Below, one piece after another: positions 30,738-42,385 of a stretch of DNA of 64,000 bases. Source of the DNA: Trichormus sp. ATA11-4-KO1 (lineage in GTDB: Bacteria; Cyanobacteriota; Cyanobacteriia; Cyanobacteriales; Nostocaceae); NCBI GenBank assembly GCA_019358915.1, contig JAHHIM010000004.1:96001-160000 (forward strand), written 5' to 3'. The position numbers and the translations under genes were made by a program. Below the pieces are notes generated by a model. It worked only from the letters and a program-made list of their open reading frames with translations. It ran no database searches and was not told where the DNA came from. Position 1 is the stretch's first letter. Each line of letters starts with the position of its first letter.

Positions 30738-32540
30738 ATGATGACAGATTTGAATAATGTTATTAATCAATATGCAGTCAAACTAAGTGAATTAAAATCA
30801 GAAAATGTTCCCCAGTTTTACCAAGTTGTCCAAGTTTTAATTGTGCGTGATTATATTCAAGAATTTATAGATGAAAATAATGATATTGAAAACAAGTCAA
30901 TAATTAAAGATATTACAGAAATATCAAGAATTGACACTGAGCTTAAACAACAATTAGTTAGATTAAGAACAGCTTGGACAGGAAAAAATAGAGAACAATA
31001 TTTAGAGAAGAAAAATAAATTAGAAAAAGAGATTGATTTATATACTAAAACCCCTAACTCTTGGTGGTGGACACGGTTTAGACATGATATTAGTAACTGG
31101 GATAGATTAGATGTAATTACGAATGTTGCCACAGTTTTAGTGTCCATAGGAGCGACTACTATTTTTACTCAAACACTACAAATACTTTTATCAATTGGCG
31201 GCTCAAGTTTTGTGGGAACATTTACTACATTAACTCAAGCTTCATTGGGAGTTTTCTTTGCTAGTGGCACGTTGACAGATACGGGTAAGAAGAAAGTTCA
31301 CAAATTACTTGATAAAATTTCAATTCCTCGTCATTTCCATAGTGAAGTTATTTTGTTGGTAGCAATTATGTTATCTGGAGCTTTTTGGCAAATAAAAGAA
31401 TTTGGAGTTTCTCAGTTAGAAAAAAATTATACTCAACAAGCACAAGCATATTTTCATGAGAATGATTTTTACCAAAGTATCAATATTTATAAAAAATTAC
31501 AAATTCTTAATCCTAATTTTGAAATATCACCAATTTTAGGTTTTGCATACGAGTTAAATTTACAGTTAGACCAGGCAAAAGCAGAGTATATAAAAGGTAT
31601 AGCTAAAAAAGATGCTCAATCACTGATTGGTCTATCAAGAGTAACTGTCTTACAAGAATTACTACAATCAGAATCTGGTTTATTAGGAAATATTTCTCAG
31701 GGAGATATTACCATAATTCAGCTTTATCTCAATGATGCCAGACGAAAAATCCTAAATGAATTACTTTCAGACATACTACATATAATTAATTTTATTCCCC
31801 AAGACAAGATTTCTCCAAATGTACAGCAGGCTATTGATTTTATCAAAAATATTACACAAGATGAATCTTATATAAGTAACCGCAAATATTTTCATGAAGT
31901 TATATTAGCTTTAGATAAAATCAATCTAGAAATAAAAGATAATCGCATAAGTAATTTTTTGTCTAAACTTTATAGTCCAGAAAATCAAGCAACACAATTA
32001 TTGATAGAAGCTAGGACTGTTGAGATTATATTAAACTGGTCTAAAGTAAATTTCCAGACAATAGATTTAAGCAACACAAATTTATCTGATTTTACAAATA
32101 ATGGATATTTATCAGGTGAATTTATTGTCGCAGGATTTGAGGAGCAGACTCCTGAACCTCCATTTGTAGTAAATCCAGGAAGTACCGAAGAATACATCAC
32201 AATATATGAATTTAATTTAGAAGAAAGAGATAAAAGATATCAAGAAGTTTTGATTGCAAAATACAAAAAATTACCTATATGGAAGAAATTAAATTGTTAT
32301 TTACAAATAGATAAATACTTAAATACAGTTAATCAAAATGCAAATATAAATGATGTTTCTGATGAAATCAAAGAACAATTACAAACACAGACAAATCAAA
32401 CTTTTCAATGTTTAAATAATTTTAGAAATAACAATTCTCCAGGAATGCAATTAAGTGTTTATGAAGTTCAGCTAATGTTTGAAGTTTTTAATACTGCTTT
32501 TAGACAAGCTGAAACTTCTGGTCTAATAAGTATTCATTAA
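30738..32540 (+). CDS. AT-rich hypothetical membrane protein with TPR-like helices
   Basis: 600-aa ORF with GGAG SD; WWW motif, 2-3 hydrophobic segments, TPR-like stretch. Confidence 0.75.
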   Translation: MMTDLNNVINQYAVKLSELKSENVPQFYQVVQVLIVRDYIQEFIDENNDIENKSIIKDITEISRIDTELKQQLVRLRTAWTGKNREQYLEKKNKLEKEIDLYTKTPNSWWWTRFRHDISNWDRLDVITNVATVLVSIGATTIFTQTLQILLSIGGSSFVGTFTTLTQASLGVFFASGTLTDTGKKKVHKLLDKISIPRHFHSEVILLVAIMLSGAFWQIKEFGVSQLEKNYTQQAQAYFHENDFYQSINIYKKLQILNPNFEISPILGFAYELNLQLDQAKAEYIKGIAKKDAQSLIGLSRVTVLQELLQSESGLLGNISQGDITIIQLYLNDARRKILNELLSDILHIINFIPQDKISPNVQQAIDFIKNITQDESYISNRKYFHEVILALDKINLEIKDNRISNFLSKLYSPENQATQLLIEARTVEIILNWSKVNFQTIDLSNTNLSDFTNNGYLSGEFIVAGFEEQTPEPPFVVNPGSTEEYITIYEFNLEERDKRYQEVLIAKYKKLPIWKKLNCYLQIDKYLNTVNQNANINDVSDEIKEQLQTQTNQTFQCLNNFRNNNSPGMQLSVYEVQLMFEVFNTAFRQAETSGLISIH

Positions 32541-32653
32541 TTGCAAGAGAAAGGCAGGGTGCAGGGTACAGGGGTGAAGTTTTCTAACTCAATTCCCATT
32601 GCCCCTTATCCCCACTCCCTGCGGTCGCGGGGGTTCCGAGTTCCCCATGACAA

Positions 32654-33838
32654 CTACCTATCGACAGATCCCATAATCACGTCAACACTGCCGAGAATCA
32701 CGACAATATCTGCAACCTTCATTCCTCGGAGTAATTCGGGGACAATCTGGAGGTTGTTGAAATCTGCCGGGCGAATTTTCCACCGCCAGGGGAAGGCATT
32801 ATCATCGCCAACTAGATAAATTCCTAGTTCACCTTTACCGCTTTCCACCCGGGAGTAGATTTCACCTTTGGGCATTTTAAAGGTAGGGGAAACTTTTTTG
32901 CCGATGTATTGGTAATCAAAAGCGTCCCACTCGGATTTTTTCCCGGCAGCCATCCGCTTAGCTTCTAGGTTTTCGTAAGGACCTCCAGGTAGTCCTTTGA
33001 TTGCTTGGCGAATAATCTTCACAGATTCGCGCATTTCTCGCATCCGCACTACGTAACGGGCGAAGCAATCCCCTGCGGTTTCCCAGTGGACATCCCAATC
33101 AAAGTCGTCGTAGCACTCGTAGTGGTCAACTTTCCGTAAATCCCATTTCACTCCAGAAGCGCGTAACATGGGGCCAGATAATCCCCAGTTAATTGCTTGT
33201 TCGCGGGTGATGGTGCCAATACCCTCAACACGACGGCGGAAAATGGGGTTATTAGTTACCAAACGTTCGTATTCATCAACTTTGGGTAATAAGTAGTCGC
33301 AGAAGTCTAAGCATTTATCTACCCAACCATAAGGCAAATCAACGGCAACGCCACCAACTCGGAAATAATTATTGTTCACCATGCGATAGCCGGTAGCGGC
33401 TTCCCACAAATCATAAATCATCTCCCGTTCCCGGAACTGGTAGAAGAAGGGAGTTTGTGCGCCTACGTCAGCTAGAAAGGGGCCAAACCACAATAAGTGA
33501 TTGGCAATCCGATTTAGTTCTAGCATGATCACGCGGATGTAGCTGGCGCGTTTGGGAACAGCAACGCCTGCCAACTTTTCTGGGGCGTTGACGGTAACTG
33601 CTTCGTTAAACATGCCGGCGGCGTAGTCCCAACGACTAACGTAGGGAACGTACATGACAGTAGTCCGGTTCTCGGCAATTTTTTCCATTCCCCGGTGCAG
33701 GTAGCCGATGACTGGTTCACAATCAACGACATCCTCGCCATCCAAAGTGACAATTAACCGCAGAACCCCGTGCATTGAGGGGTGGTGTGGCCCCATATTC
33801 AGCACCATAGGTTCGGTGCGGGTTTCTAGTCTTGCCAT
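32654..33838 (-). CDS. ndhH: NAD(P)H-quinone oxidoreductase subunit H
   Basis: [25 protein letters not shown]-terminal IMGSVDR. Confidence 0.98.
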   Translation of the reverse strand: MARLETRTEPMVLNMGPHHPSMHGVLRLIVTLDGEDVVDCEPVIGYLHRGMEKIAENRTTVMYVPYVSRWDYAAGMFNEAVTVNAPEKLAGVAVPKRASYIRVIMLELNRIANHLLWFGPFLADVGAQTPFFYQFREREMIYDLWEAATGYRMVNNNYFRVGGVAVDLPYGWVDKCLDFCDYLLPKVDEYERLVTNNPIFRRRVEGIGTITREQAINWGLSGPMLRASGVKWDLRKVDHYECYDDFDWDVHWETAGDCFARYVVRMREMRESVKIIRQAIKGLPGGPYENLEAKRMAAGKKSEWDAFDYQYIGKKVSPTFKMPKGEIYSRVESGKGELGIYLVGDDNAFPWRWKIRPADFNNLQIVPELLRGMKVADIVVILGSVDVIMGSVDR

Positions 33839-34063
33839 AAGTTCTGTGTTCTCCGATTATGAAAATTTCAACTTGAATCGCGTTGATGCCCACCAGACCC
33901 GAATGATCGTATCTGCCAAAATCAGGTGTGTAAGAGAAATATTTTGGATAAGTCACCCTGGGGGCGTCTACATCTCTTACCCATACAGGAGTATGTTGGA
34001 GAGGGGTGGCAGCGAGGGGATTTTACTTGATGTTTCATTTTTTTTCACTTCTTCAATTATTAT

Positions 34064-34954
34064 ATGGAGCTTGAGATTCAGGGAATTGTAGGCACGGAAT
34101 TTCTTCATGTGCCGGTGCTAAGTCGGGAGGTCGTTGAGGGCTTGGCTATACGTCCTGGCGGGCATTATTTGGATGCGACGGTAGGCGGTGGCGGTCACAG
34201 TCGCCTGATTTTAGCAGCTGCACCGGATGTGCAACTAACAGCGATTGACCAAGATGCAGATGCTTTATTGGCGGCGCAGCAGCAGTTAGCTGAGTATGGA
34301 GAACGAGTACAATTTATTCTCAGTAATTTTGCGTCTTATAAATATACTCCTAACACTTTTGATGGCATTCTTGCTGATTTGGGGGTGAGTTCTTATCATC
34401 TAGACCAGCCGGAACGGGGTTTTAGTTTTCGCCACACCGCAAATCTGGATATGCGAATGGATCAGCGTCAATCGCTAACCGCAGCCGATGTAATTAATGA
34501 ATGGGGTGAAGCAGAATTAGCCGATATTTTCTTTAAATATGGTGAGGAACGATTATCACGGCGCATTGCTAGACGCATTGTAGAAAGACGACCATTTCAG
34601 ACCACCACAGAATTAGCTGAGGCGATCGCTTATGCTGTTCCCCCTAAATATCGTTATGGTCGAATTCACCCGGCTACTCGTGTTTTTCAAGCTTTACGAA
34701 TTGTCGTCAACGATGAATTAAAGTCTTTAGAAACTTTTTTAGAAAAAGCACCCCATGCCCTTGTCCCTGGTGGGAGAATTGCCATTATTAGTTTTCACAG
34801 TCTAGAAGACCGCCCAGTCAAGCATGGTTTACGCAATTCACCTTTATTAAAGGTCTTGACAAAAAAACCAATTACTGCACAGGAAGAAGAACTAGAAAAT
34901 AATCCGCGATCGCGTTCTGCGAAGTTGAGAATAGCTGAGAGATTGGGGGAGTAG
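34064..34954 (+). CDS. rsmH: 16S rRNA (cytosine1402-N4)-methyltransferase
   Basis: [45 protein letters not shown]. Confidence 0.97.
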   Translation: MELEIQGIVGTEFLHVPVLSREVVEGLAIRPGGHYLDATVGGGGHSRLILAAAPDVQLTAIDQDADALLAAQQQLAEYGERVQFILSNFASYKYTPNTFDGILADLGVSSYHLDQPERGFSFRHTANLDMRMDQRQSLTAADVINEWGEAELADIFFKYGEERLSRRIARRIVERRPFQTTTELAEAIAYAVPPKYRYGRIHPATRVFQALRIVVNDELKSLETFLEKAPHALVPGGRIAIISFHSLEDRPVKHGLRNSPLLKVLTKKPITAQEEELENNPRSRSAKLRIAERLGE

Positions 34955-34978
34955 GGGATAAATAAATCATAATTCCTG

Positions 34979-35009
34979 ACTCAGCACTCAGCACTCAGCA
35001 CTCAGCACT
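34979..35009. repeat. STRR heptamer array (ACTCAGC)x4
   Basis: Tandem heptamers between convergent genes. Confidence 0.9.
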
Positions 35010-35011
35010 GA

Positions 35012-35920
35012 TTATGAGGAGAGCAAGAAATCCTGAATGGCTGTAAATACAATATCTGGGTATTCTTCATGCAATCCTAGGGAACCGGGAATGACAACGC
35101 TTTGCACACCTGGTAAAGCTGCAAGTGCGTTCATTTCTTCTCGTGATTTTGGCGGACTGGATTCGCCAATGACTACCATGAGGGGAACAGATAAAGATTC
35201 AACAAGTTCTAGAAAATCAGATTGCTGACGTACTGCATCAAGATTTCCTGTCACAAAAGCCGCAGATGCAAATCTAGCACCTGGTTTTTGCGTCGTTTGC
35301 CATTTCTTCTCGATGAAACTGGGTGTGAGTTTAGCCTCATCGGTAAACACATGACGACGGTACATCCAACTTAAAAAGGATGGTGTGGTGTTGAGTTTGT
35401 AGAGTGCTTGACCTACTATCGGCGATCGCACTAATCCTTTTACCATGTCAGCTATTTGATGATTTGCCCCCATTGTCGGCAAAGGGCCGCGCCAAGTGGG
35501 CGCTAACAAGGCAATCCGAGAAAAAATATCAGGTTGCTTTACAGCTAGTTGTAAAACGTAACTAGAAGCATGACCAGCCGCCACTACAGTAATGGGAGGA
35601 TGAAAAATAGCTTTGACAAAATCTGCCAGAAAGTGCTGATATATTTCCGGTCGGTAATTTAAACTAGGACGAGAAGATTGTCCAAATCCAGGCCAGTCTA
35701 CTACCGTAACTTGAAAATGATCAGCAAGTAAATTGGCAAGTTCGCCCATCTCCGCACGCATAGAAACGCTGCTAAAGGCTGGTAGTAGTAAGAGGGGTGA
35801 ACCTGTACCGAGGGTTTCATAAATAATCCGTAATGGTTGGTTTTCCCAACTCCAGATATATTCTTGAACTACTCCACCGAATCCTACAGGATCATATGTT
35901 GATACTAAATTAGTTGACAT
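35012..35920 (-). CDS. alpha/beta hydrolase fold protein
   Basis: PLLLLPAF, VDWPGFGQS, LHEEYP. Confidence 0.85.
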   Translation of the reverse strand: MSTNLVSTYDPVGFGGVVQEYIWSWENQPLRIIYETLGTGSPLLLLPAFSSVSMRAEMGELANLLADHFQVTVVDWPGFGQSSRPSLNYRPEIYQHFLADFVKAIFHPPITVVAAGHASSYVLQLAVKQPDIFSRIALLAPTWRGPLPTMGANHQIADMVKGLVRSPIVGQALYKLNTTPSFLSWMYRRHVFTDEAKLTPSFIEKKWQTTQKPGARFASAAFVTGNLDAVRQQSDFLELVESLSVPLMVVIGESSPPKSREEMNALAALPGVQSVVIPGSLGLHEEYPDIVFTAIQDFLLSS

Positions 35921-36011
35921 TAGGCTAAATTTTAATTGTTATAGATATTTTAAAATTAGGAGTTAAAACTTCCTAACCCCTAAATCTGGAAATTTATCAA
36001 CGCTTATCTGT

Positions 36012-36452
36012 TTAGCTAGGCATATCTAACTTACATTCCAGTGCTTTTTTTTGCATGGTTTTAAAAATGTTGTAAAATCCATTGGCACGGGAAGGCGTCA
36101 GGCTGACATTTAAACCAGTTTCTTGAATAAAATCTGGAGTGAGTTGCACAATGTCGCTGGGAGTGAGTCCATTTAATCCTTCAACCAAAAGTCCTACCAA
36201 CCCTTTGGTTAACTGAGAATCAGAATCACCCTGGTACACAACCTTATTGTCATCCAGTACTGCGGTGATATAAACCTGAGACACGCAACCAGGAACTTTG
36301 TTTTCTGGTACCTTGTCAGCTTCTGGAAAATCCTTGAGCTTCTGAGCATACCAGATTAGTTGTTCATAGCGTCGCTTCGGTTCGGTAGCACGTTGAAAGC
36401 GCTGGACGATTTTAGCGAGAGCAGGTGGCAAAGAATCGATCATTGAGGACAT
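36012..36452 (-). CDS. sufE: Fe-S cluster assembly protein SufE
   Basis: NKVPGCVSQV, GDSDS.LTKGL, LTPSRANG. Confidence 0.95.
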   Translation of the reverse strand: MSSMIDSLPPALAKIVQRFQRATEPKRRYEQLIWYAQKLKDFPEADKVPENKVPGCVSQVYITAVLDDNKVVYQGDSDSQLTKGLVGLLVEGLNGLTPSDIVQLTPDFIQETGLNVSLTPSRANGFYNIFKTMQKKALECKLDMPS

Positions 36453-36754
36453 AACAGAAGCTGCAAATAAAATCGGTCTCACTTTGAGTGTAGATTATCT
36501 GGCGAGCGATCGCGCCTTCATTTCACTTGGGCGTAATCAGTATCACTAACTCTATTTTAGCGATCGCGGCTGGCGATGTAGTGCTGAGAAAGACTAAAAT
36601 CACCGTTGCCATCAAGAAGCAGCAGAGCGCTAATTCTATTAAGGATTGAAAATAACTGTTAAATATTGATGCAAAATTAGGATTTTTCTTGAATTTACTT
36701 CGGAAATATTTAGATTATGTTTTCAACCATTAAAAATTTTCTGGAGCAAATCAG

Positions 36755-37015
36755 GTGTTTACTTCGACCTTACTCGCTGCTGTGACCACACCCCTGGAAT
36801 GGAGTCCTACTGTTGGTGTAATTATGATTCTGGCTAATATCATTGCCATTGCCTTTGGCAAATTAACCATCAAGTATCCCAGCGCCGAACCAGCCTTACC
36901 TTCAGCTAATTTTTTTGGTGGATTTGGTTTACCTGCGGTACTGGCAACTGCTTCCTTTGGTCATGTTTTAGGAGCAGGTATAATTTTAGGACTGCATAAC
37001 ATCGGTAGAATCTAG
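36755..37015 (+). CDS. psaK: photosystem I subunit PsaK
   Basis: WSPTVGVIMI..N, LATASFGHVLGAGIILGL; GTG start. Confidence 0.95.
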   Translation: MFTSTLLAAVTTPLEWSPTVGVIMILANIIAIAFGKLTIKYPSAEPALPSANFFGGFGLPAVLATASFGHVLGAGIILGLHNIGRI

Positions 37016-37075
37016 TATCGTTGTGCAGAATTTAGGTATTTTCAATTAGTGATGGCTTTTTTGTCCAAATTTATT

Positions 37076-37104
37076 AGCTGGAGAGTAATTTCTCTAGCTT
37101 TTTT
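37076..37104 (+). terminator. intrinsic terminator after psaK
   Basis: AGCTGGAGA/TCTCTAGCT stem followed by T run. Confidence 0.6.
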
Positions 37105-37125
37105 ATTCCTCCAATAGCTTGTTGC

Positions 37126-40011
37126 TTAATGAGATGTTGCTGTTTCGGGAATATAACTAATAATTTCTGCCAAGGTTTTTAATAGTTCTTGCTCGTTGTA
37201 AGGTTTAGAAAAATAAGCTCTTGCCCCTAATTGCATGGCTAATTGTCGATGTTTATTGCTGCTGCGAGAAGTCAGCATAGCAACTGGAATATGTTTCATA
37301 TCTATGTGGGAATTGATGCGATCTAAGAAGCCATAACCATCGAGGCGAGGCATTTCAATATCACAAATGACTGCTGCGACTTTCAAGCCACTTTCTAGTT
37401 TTTCTAGGGCATCTTGACCATCTTTTGCTTGTTCTACTTGATACCCTCCTTTTTCTAAAGTTAAAGCTAAGAAACGGCGGACATTAATTGAGTCATCAAT
37501 GATTAAAATTGTGCCTTTTTGATTGGTAGGGGTTACTGGTAATTTGTTATTATCAAAGAATAGAAATGGTGTTTTTAATCTAACTGATGGTAATTGATTG
37601 TTTTTAGGAGTGCGTTGATTGCTAGCAATCCAATATAGCAATTCGTTAGTACTAACTAATGCTAAAACTCGACCATCACCCAGAATTGTGCAGTTACTAA
37701 AACCTGCGGGTAAAGGTATATTGCCCTCGACTTGGCGGATAGCTACTTCTTGTTCTCCCCAGCAACGGTCTACTTGGATAGCGACTGGCTGATTATTACC
37801 TTTAACTATTAAGATGCTACTAGCATTTATAGCTGGAGGCGTTTCTAGTTCTGGGTGATCGTAGCGTGGACAATTAAACTCGAAGTAGCGACCAAGGCGA
37901 ATCAATGGCAACATAGTTCCTTGCCAGTTGAGAACTTCGCTACCTGCCATTGAAAAGACTCGCTCGTTTTGCAGTAAAAATATTTCGGAAACGACTTCTG
38001 TGGGAAATGCCAATAACATCTTATTGCTTTCTACCAGCAGTACTCGTGCTACGGAAAGTGTAAATGGTACTGACAAAGTAAAGGTAGTACCAACTCCCAA
38101 CTCAGTATCAACTGTAATCTCTCCTCGCACCGATTTTAGGTTATTGCGAACTACATCCATGCCAACACCACGACCAGATAAGGCGGTTACTTGGTCGGAA
38201 GTGCTAAACCCTGGTTCAAAAATCAGTGATAATAGTTCTTCATCGCTAGCACTGGCAACTAAAGCAGCATCTAATCCCATTGCTACGGCGCGGGAGCGAA
38301 TTTTATCTAAGGAAATGCCCCGGCCATCATCACGCATTGTAATGATGGTGCGGTTACTGCGGTAAGTAGCTGTAATTTCAATTAATCCTTGTTCTGGTTT
38401 ACCCAAAATGTGGCGGGTGGCCGAGTCTTCGATACCATGATCAAAGGCATTTCTTAATAAGTGCATGATCGGCTCATTCAAAGCCTCTAAAATGCTACGC
38501 TCAATTAAGGTATTGCCACCTTCAACTTTTAATTGAACATTTTTTCCATACTCGATATTCAGGTCACGCAAGGCTCTAGGAAAACGCTCGACTAAATCGG
38601 ATATGGGACGCATCCGAATATGTGTAAGTTTTGTTTGTAACTGTTTCGATGTTTTATTGAGTTTGCGAGCAATATGATCTGTATCATCAACGCTTAATTG
38701 AATGTCATTTGTAACTTCCTGTACTTGAACAATGGTTTCCATAACCTCCTGCGATCGCAGGTTGATTTCGTTATAGCGATCCATTTCTAAGGCATCAAAT
38801 TTTTCTATATTTTCTAGATGATTTTCTCCTAGCAATCGCCCCGCAAATTTTCTGGCAGCTTGAGTGGCAATTTTGTCATAGTTTGTCCGCAATTCATGAT
38901 TTTCTCGGTCAAGAATTTGCACTCGCTGATTCAAATTACGCACGAGTTTCCGCAATTTTTCTAATTGAGAGTTTAATCCATTGCGCTGGATAATCAATTC
39001 CCCAAATAAGTCATTAATTTGCTCCAGTTGTTTACTAGGAACTCGGACGGTATTTTCTTGAATTTCCCGGTCTTTACCAACACTATTTATCTCACTTGTG
39101 TGTTCAACAAATTTGTAGTCTGCGATGGTATTTGGTTCTGGAAAATTAACAGTAATTTCTTCATCTTGCAGCCAAGTTTCTGATGGCATCATGGCTATTT
39201 CTAGAGGTGCTGTGTTAGCTGCTGGGGCTACTACTGCACCAGGTTCGATTTTTGTTGGTAGACTATCTTTTTGATTTGTCAGCACCAAAGCTTGCGATCG
39301 CCGCCATGCTTGCAATGCTAATTGAGCAATTTCGGGAATGCGTTCAGGGAATGCTGTTCCCATGTGATGCGCTATTGACTCACAAAGATTGGTAAAAGCT
39401 GGCAATTGCAGCATTTCCCCCAAACCGCCCAATTCGGCTGCCATGATCACAATTTCTTCTTGTAAACAAGGCTGCTCACTATCTGCTAAGACAGATTCTA
39501 AACGCTGCAAACATCCTTCTACTTCGGTTGCAAACAGCATGGGAATAATATCTTGCCCATCTTCTGGAGATAGCATAGTTGAGGCATCTTCAGGGGCAGG
39601 TTCACCCAAGCGATCGCGCAGTTCGTCAAAGACTGGATAACAAAAGGTTGCTAACCACTGCTCTTCGATCACATTTCCTTGTGATAATAATTCTAATATT
39701 TGCCGTAGCCAGTCAACTCCAGATAGCAGTAAAGTTTGTAACTGCGTATCAATCTCTAGCGAATTTTTGCGGGTTTTTAAAACTTTGAAAGAATCTTCTA
39801 GCCGATGAGCTAAATCACTCAGCGCCCGAAATCCCATCATCCCCGCACCGCCTTTGATGGAATGAGCGGCTCGCAGTGCGCCATTAATTTTATCTAAATC
39901 GATACGGTTACTGGTGTTAATTTCCAGCAATACTGCTTCTAAAGTATTGATGTAATCTGTCGCTTCTTCCAGAAACTGTATCTGGATTTCCAGTTCTTTA
40001 TTTTTTGACAT
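37126..40011 (-). CDS. CheA-like hybrid histidine kinase (HPt-HATPase-CheW-REC), PixL-like
   Basis: AAHSIKG HPt, HLLRNAFDHGIE, SGRGVGMDVV, CheW domain, C-terminal receiver (DIEMPRLDG). Confidence 0.95.
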   Translation of the reverse strand: MSKNKELEIQIQFLEEATDYINTLEAVLLEINTSNRIDLDKINGALRAAHSIKGGAGMMGFRALSDLAHRLEDSFKVLKTRKNSLEIDTQLQTLLLSGVDWLRQILELLSQGNVIEEQWLATFCYPVFDELRDRLGEPAPEDASTMLSPEDGQDIIPMLFATEVEGCLQRLESVLADSEQPCLQEEIVIMAAELGGLGEMLQLPAFTNLCESIAHHMGTAFPERIPEIAQLALQAWRRSQALVLTNQKDSLPTKIEPGAVVAPAANTAPLEIAMMPSETWLQDEEITVNFPEPNTIADYKFVEHTSEINSVGKDREIQENTVRVPSKQLEQINDLFGELIIQRNGLNSQLEKLRKLVRNLNQRVQILDRENHELRTNYDKIATQAARKFAGRLLGENHLENIEKFDALEMDRYNEINLRSQEVMETIVQVQEVTNDIQLSVDDTDHIARKLNKTSKQLQTKLTHIRMRPISDLVERFPRALRDLNIEYGKNVQLKVEGGNTLIERSILEALNEPIMHLLRNAFDHGIEDSATRHILGKPEQGLIEITATYRSNRTIITMRDDGRGISLDKIRSRAVAMGLDAALVASASDEELLSLIFEPGFSTSDQVTALSGRGVGMDVVRNNLKSVRGEITVDTELGVGTTFTLSVPFTLSVARVLLVESNKMLLAFPTEVVSEIFLLQNERVFSMAGSEVLNWQGTMLPLIRLGRYFEFNCPRYDHPELETPPAINASSILIVKGNNQPVAIQVDRCWGEQEVAIRQVEGNIPLPAGFSNCTILGDGRVLALVSTNELLYWIASNQRTPKNNQLPSVRLKTPFLFFDNNKLPVTPTNQKGTILIIDDSINVRRFLALTLEKGGYQVEQAKDGQDALEKLESGLKVAAVICDIEMPRLDGYGFLDRINSHIDMKHIPVAMLTSRSSNKHRQLAMQLGARAYFSKPYNEQELLKTLAEIISYIPETATSH

Positions 40012-40080
40012 AGTTTTTATGATTTAGTCATTAGTCATTAGTTAGTTATTCTCCCAATTCCCTTGTCTCCACTTCCTAAC

Positions 40081-42327
40081 TCAATTAACCTTGAAAGTTT
40101 CGACAGTTTCTTGCAATTGCTGGGAAATTTCTACGGTTTGGTGCAGAGATGCGGAAACCAGACGTGAAGAATCTCTGGTACGTTGAGAAATGGCAGCGAT
40201 ATCTTGCATTAATTGACTTACAGATTGAGATGTTTGTAATTGAGATGCCGTTGCTGTAGAAATCGACTGTACTAAGGAATCTATTTGCCGCGATACATCC
40301 AAAATCTGACTCAGGCTTTGCTTTGCCTCTTCCACAATTTGGGTACCTTCTACTACTTGAGAAGTGCCTATCTCCATAGCCTGCACCACTTCGCTGGTTT
40401 CCCGTTGGATGTTTTTGACAATTTGCTCAATTTCTTGAGTAGCTGCGGCACTGCGGACTGCTAATTCGCCGACTTCTTCAGCTACTACCGCAAAACCTTG
40501 ACCTTCTTCACCAGCGCGCGCTGCTTCAATACCGGCGTTAATAGCGAGTAAGTTGGTTTGGGTGGCGATTTGGTTAATTAAGGAGACCACGCGAGAAATT
40601 TGTTGAGAAGATTCTCCCAAACGCTTCACTTTTTTGGCAGTGTCTCCAACGGTTTCCCGTAAACACAAAATGTTTTGTACTGTCAAATCCATTGCTTTTC
40701 CACTCTTAGTGGCGGTGTTAGCAGCGTGGTTAGCGACAACAGCAGCTTGTTGGGCGTTTTCGGCTACGCTTTTCATAGAATAAGTCATTTGGTCAACTGC
40801 ATCTAGGGTGCGGTTGATTTCGGCAGCTTGGGTGAGTGCGGCCTCTGCTAGTTCACGAATTGCGCCTTCGTTGTCACCAATTGCCCCATTTACTTGGGTA
40901 GCAGCTTGTTTAACTTGGGTGACAATATCCCGAAGACTTTCCACAATGGAGTTGAAAAAGTCGGCAACTGTACCAATTTCCCCAGATGTCACGTCTGCAC
41001 GTACTGTCAGGTCACCTCTAGCAGCACCTTCTACCTGATTGAGTAGTTCTAAAAGTTGTAGTTGTAGGATTTGCTCAGAACTTTGTTCTCCAGTATTTCT
41101 GGCTTGTTGTGTGACTTCTTGTTGTTTGACCAAGACCTGTAATTGAGCGGCTATTTGGTTAATATTGGCACTGATTACCCCTAACTCATCTTCTCTTGTT
41201 GTTTGACAGCGAGTATCGAGTTCACCTTGACCGAGCTTTGATAATGCCGCCGCCGCATTTAAAATTGGCTGTGTGGTACGCTTGGCTAACCAAACTGCGA
41301 TCGCAGCTGCGATGAATGCTATCAGAACTGTGCCAATTACTATTGTTTGCAGCAATTGACTTCGCGGCTTAAATGCCGTTGCGGCATCTGTAGTCAAAAG
41401 GAAGCGCCAGTTTAAATCTGGTAAGCTGTCCAGTTTTCCAGATGGTACATAACTAACTAATTCTGGCTTTTGATTAATTGTTTGAACTGTAGTGAAACTA
41501 TCTGCCTTGTTTGTTGCTAGCAGATTAGCTAAGCCGGGATATTCTGCACCCAATAATGCTTTTTGAGGAGTTAGAAAAACTTTTCCTGATTTATCAAGTA
41601 AATAATATTTACTTCCATTGGCTGCATTATGATTAATCATCTCGGCTAAAGATGTCACAGGCATACTTGCTTGTACAACAGCAATGTTTTTGCCTGTGAT
41701 TACATCTTTTACAGGTGCAGTGATATTAATAACTGATTTTTCTGGCTGACTAATAACAGGAACATCTGTTTGCAGAATTTCCTGAAAATATTTACGGTCT
41801 TGGGAATTATCTAAAGTTTCGCGGGGAGACTGGACAATTAAATTACCTTTGATATCAAAAATCGCTAGACTATTGTATGCTTTGTCAGCTTCAACTATGC
41901 GGTCTAGGGCTGCTTGCTTTCTTTGAGTTGTAGTATTTTCATTAACTAACGATAGATTAGCTAGTATTTGTATATCTTCGTACTGTCCCAACATCAAGCG
42001 GTTTAACTTGTCTGTTAAACTAGTAGCTGCGGCTACATGAGATTGGCTAATTTGTTTAGTCATCGATTGATGGGCAATACTATAGGCGATCGCACCTATG
42101 CCGAAAGTTGGTAGAATGCCGAGCGCGATCGCTAAAATTGTCGCTTTTGTCTCTAAGCTGAGTCGCTGGAAATATCCAATCAAATGATTTTGGGAAAAAT
42201 TATTAGTTGTTGCCGAATTCAGCTTACTTAGTAGGTCTACTTTACTATCAGTAACTTTGTGGGATGAAATCAAAGATGCCCGTTTTTGAGTATCACTACT
42301 CTTAGCCATGTCAGTTTTATTAAACAT
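40081..42327 (-). CDS. methyl-accepting chemotaxis protein (TM-dCache-TM-HAMP-HAMP-MCP), PixJ position, no GAF domain
   Basis: [33 protein letters not shown] signalling core; two TM segments; DELG HAMP. Confidence 0.93.
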   Translation of the reverse strand: MFNKTDMAKSSDTQKRASLISSHKVTDSKVDLLSKLNSATTNNFSQNHLIGYFQRLSLETKATILAIALGILPTFGIGAIAYSIAHQSMTKQISQSHVAAATSLTDKLNRLMLGQYEDIQILANLSLVNENTTTQRKQAALDRIVEADKAYNSLAIFDIKGNLIVQSPRETLDNSQDRKYFQEILQTDVPVISQPEKSVINITAPVKDVITGKNIAVVQASMPVTSLAEMINHNAANGSKYYLLDKSGKVFLTPQKALLGAEYPGLANLLATNKADSFTTVQTINQKPELVSYVPSGKLDSLPDLNWRFLLTTDAATAFKPRSQLLQTIVIGTVLIAFIAAAIAVWLAKRTTQPILNAAAALSKLGQGELDTRCQTTREDELGVISANINQIAAQLQVLVKQQEVTQQARNTGEQSSEQILQLQLLELLNQVEGAARGDLTVRADVTSGEIGTVADFFNSIVESLRDIVTQVKQAATQVNGAIGDNEGAIRELAEAALTQAAEINRTLDAVDQMTYSMKSVAENAQQAAVVANHAANTATKSGKAMDLTVQNILCLRETVGDTAKKVKRLGESSQQISRVVSLINQIATQTNLLAINAGIEAARAGEEGQGFAVVAEEVGELAVRSAAATQEIEQIVKNIQRETSEVVQAMEIGTSQVVEGTQIVEEAKQSLSQILDVSRQIDSLVQSISTATASQLQTSQSVSQLMQDIAAISQRTRDSSRLVSASLHQTVEISQQLQETVETFKVN

Positions 42328-42385
42328 ACTCTAATTCGCTGTAATAGGTAAATGAGAACACTAAAAATCTGTCTTTTAGTAGCAC

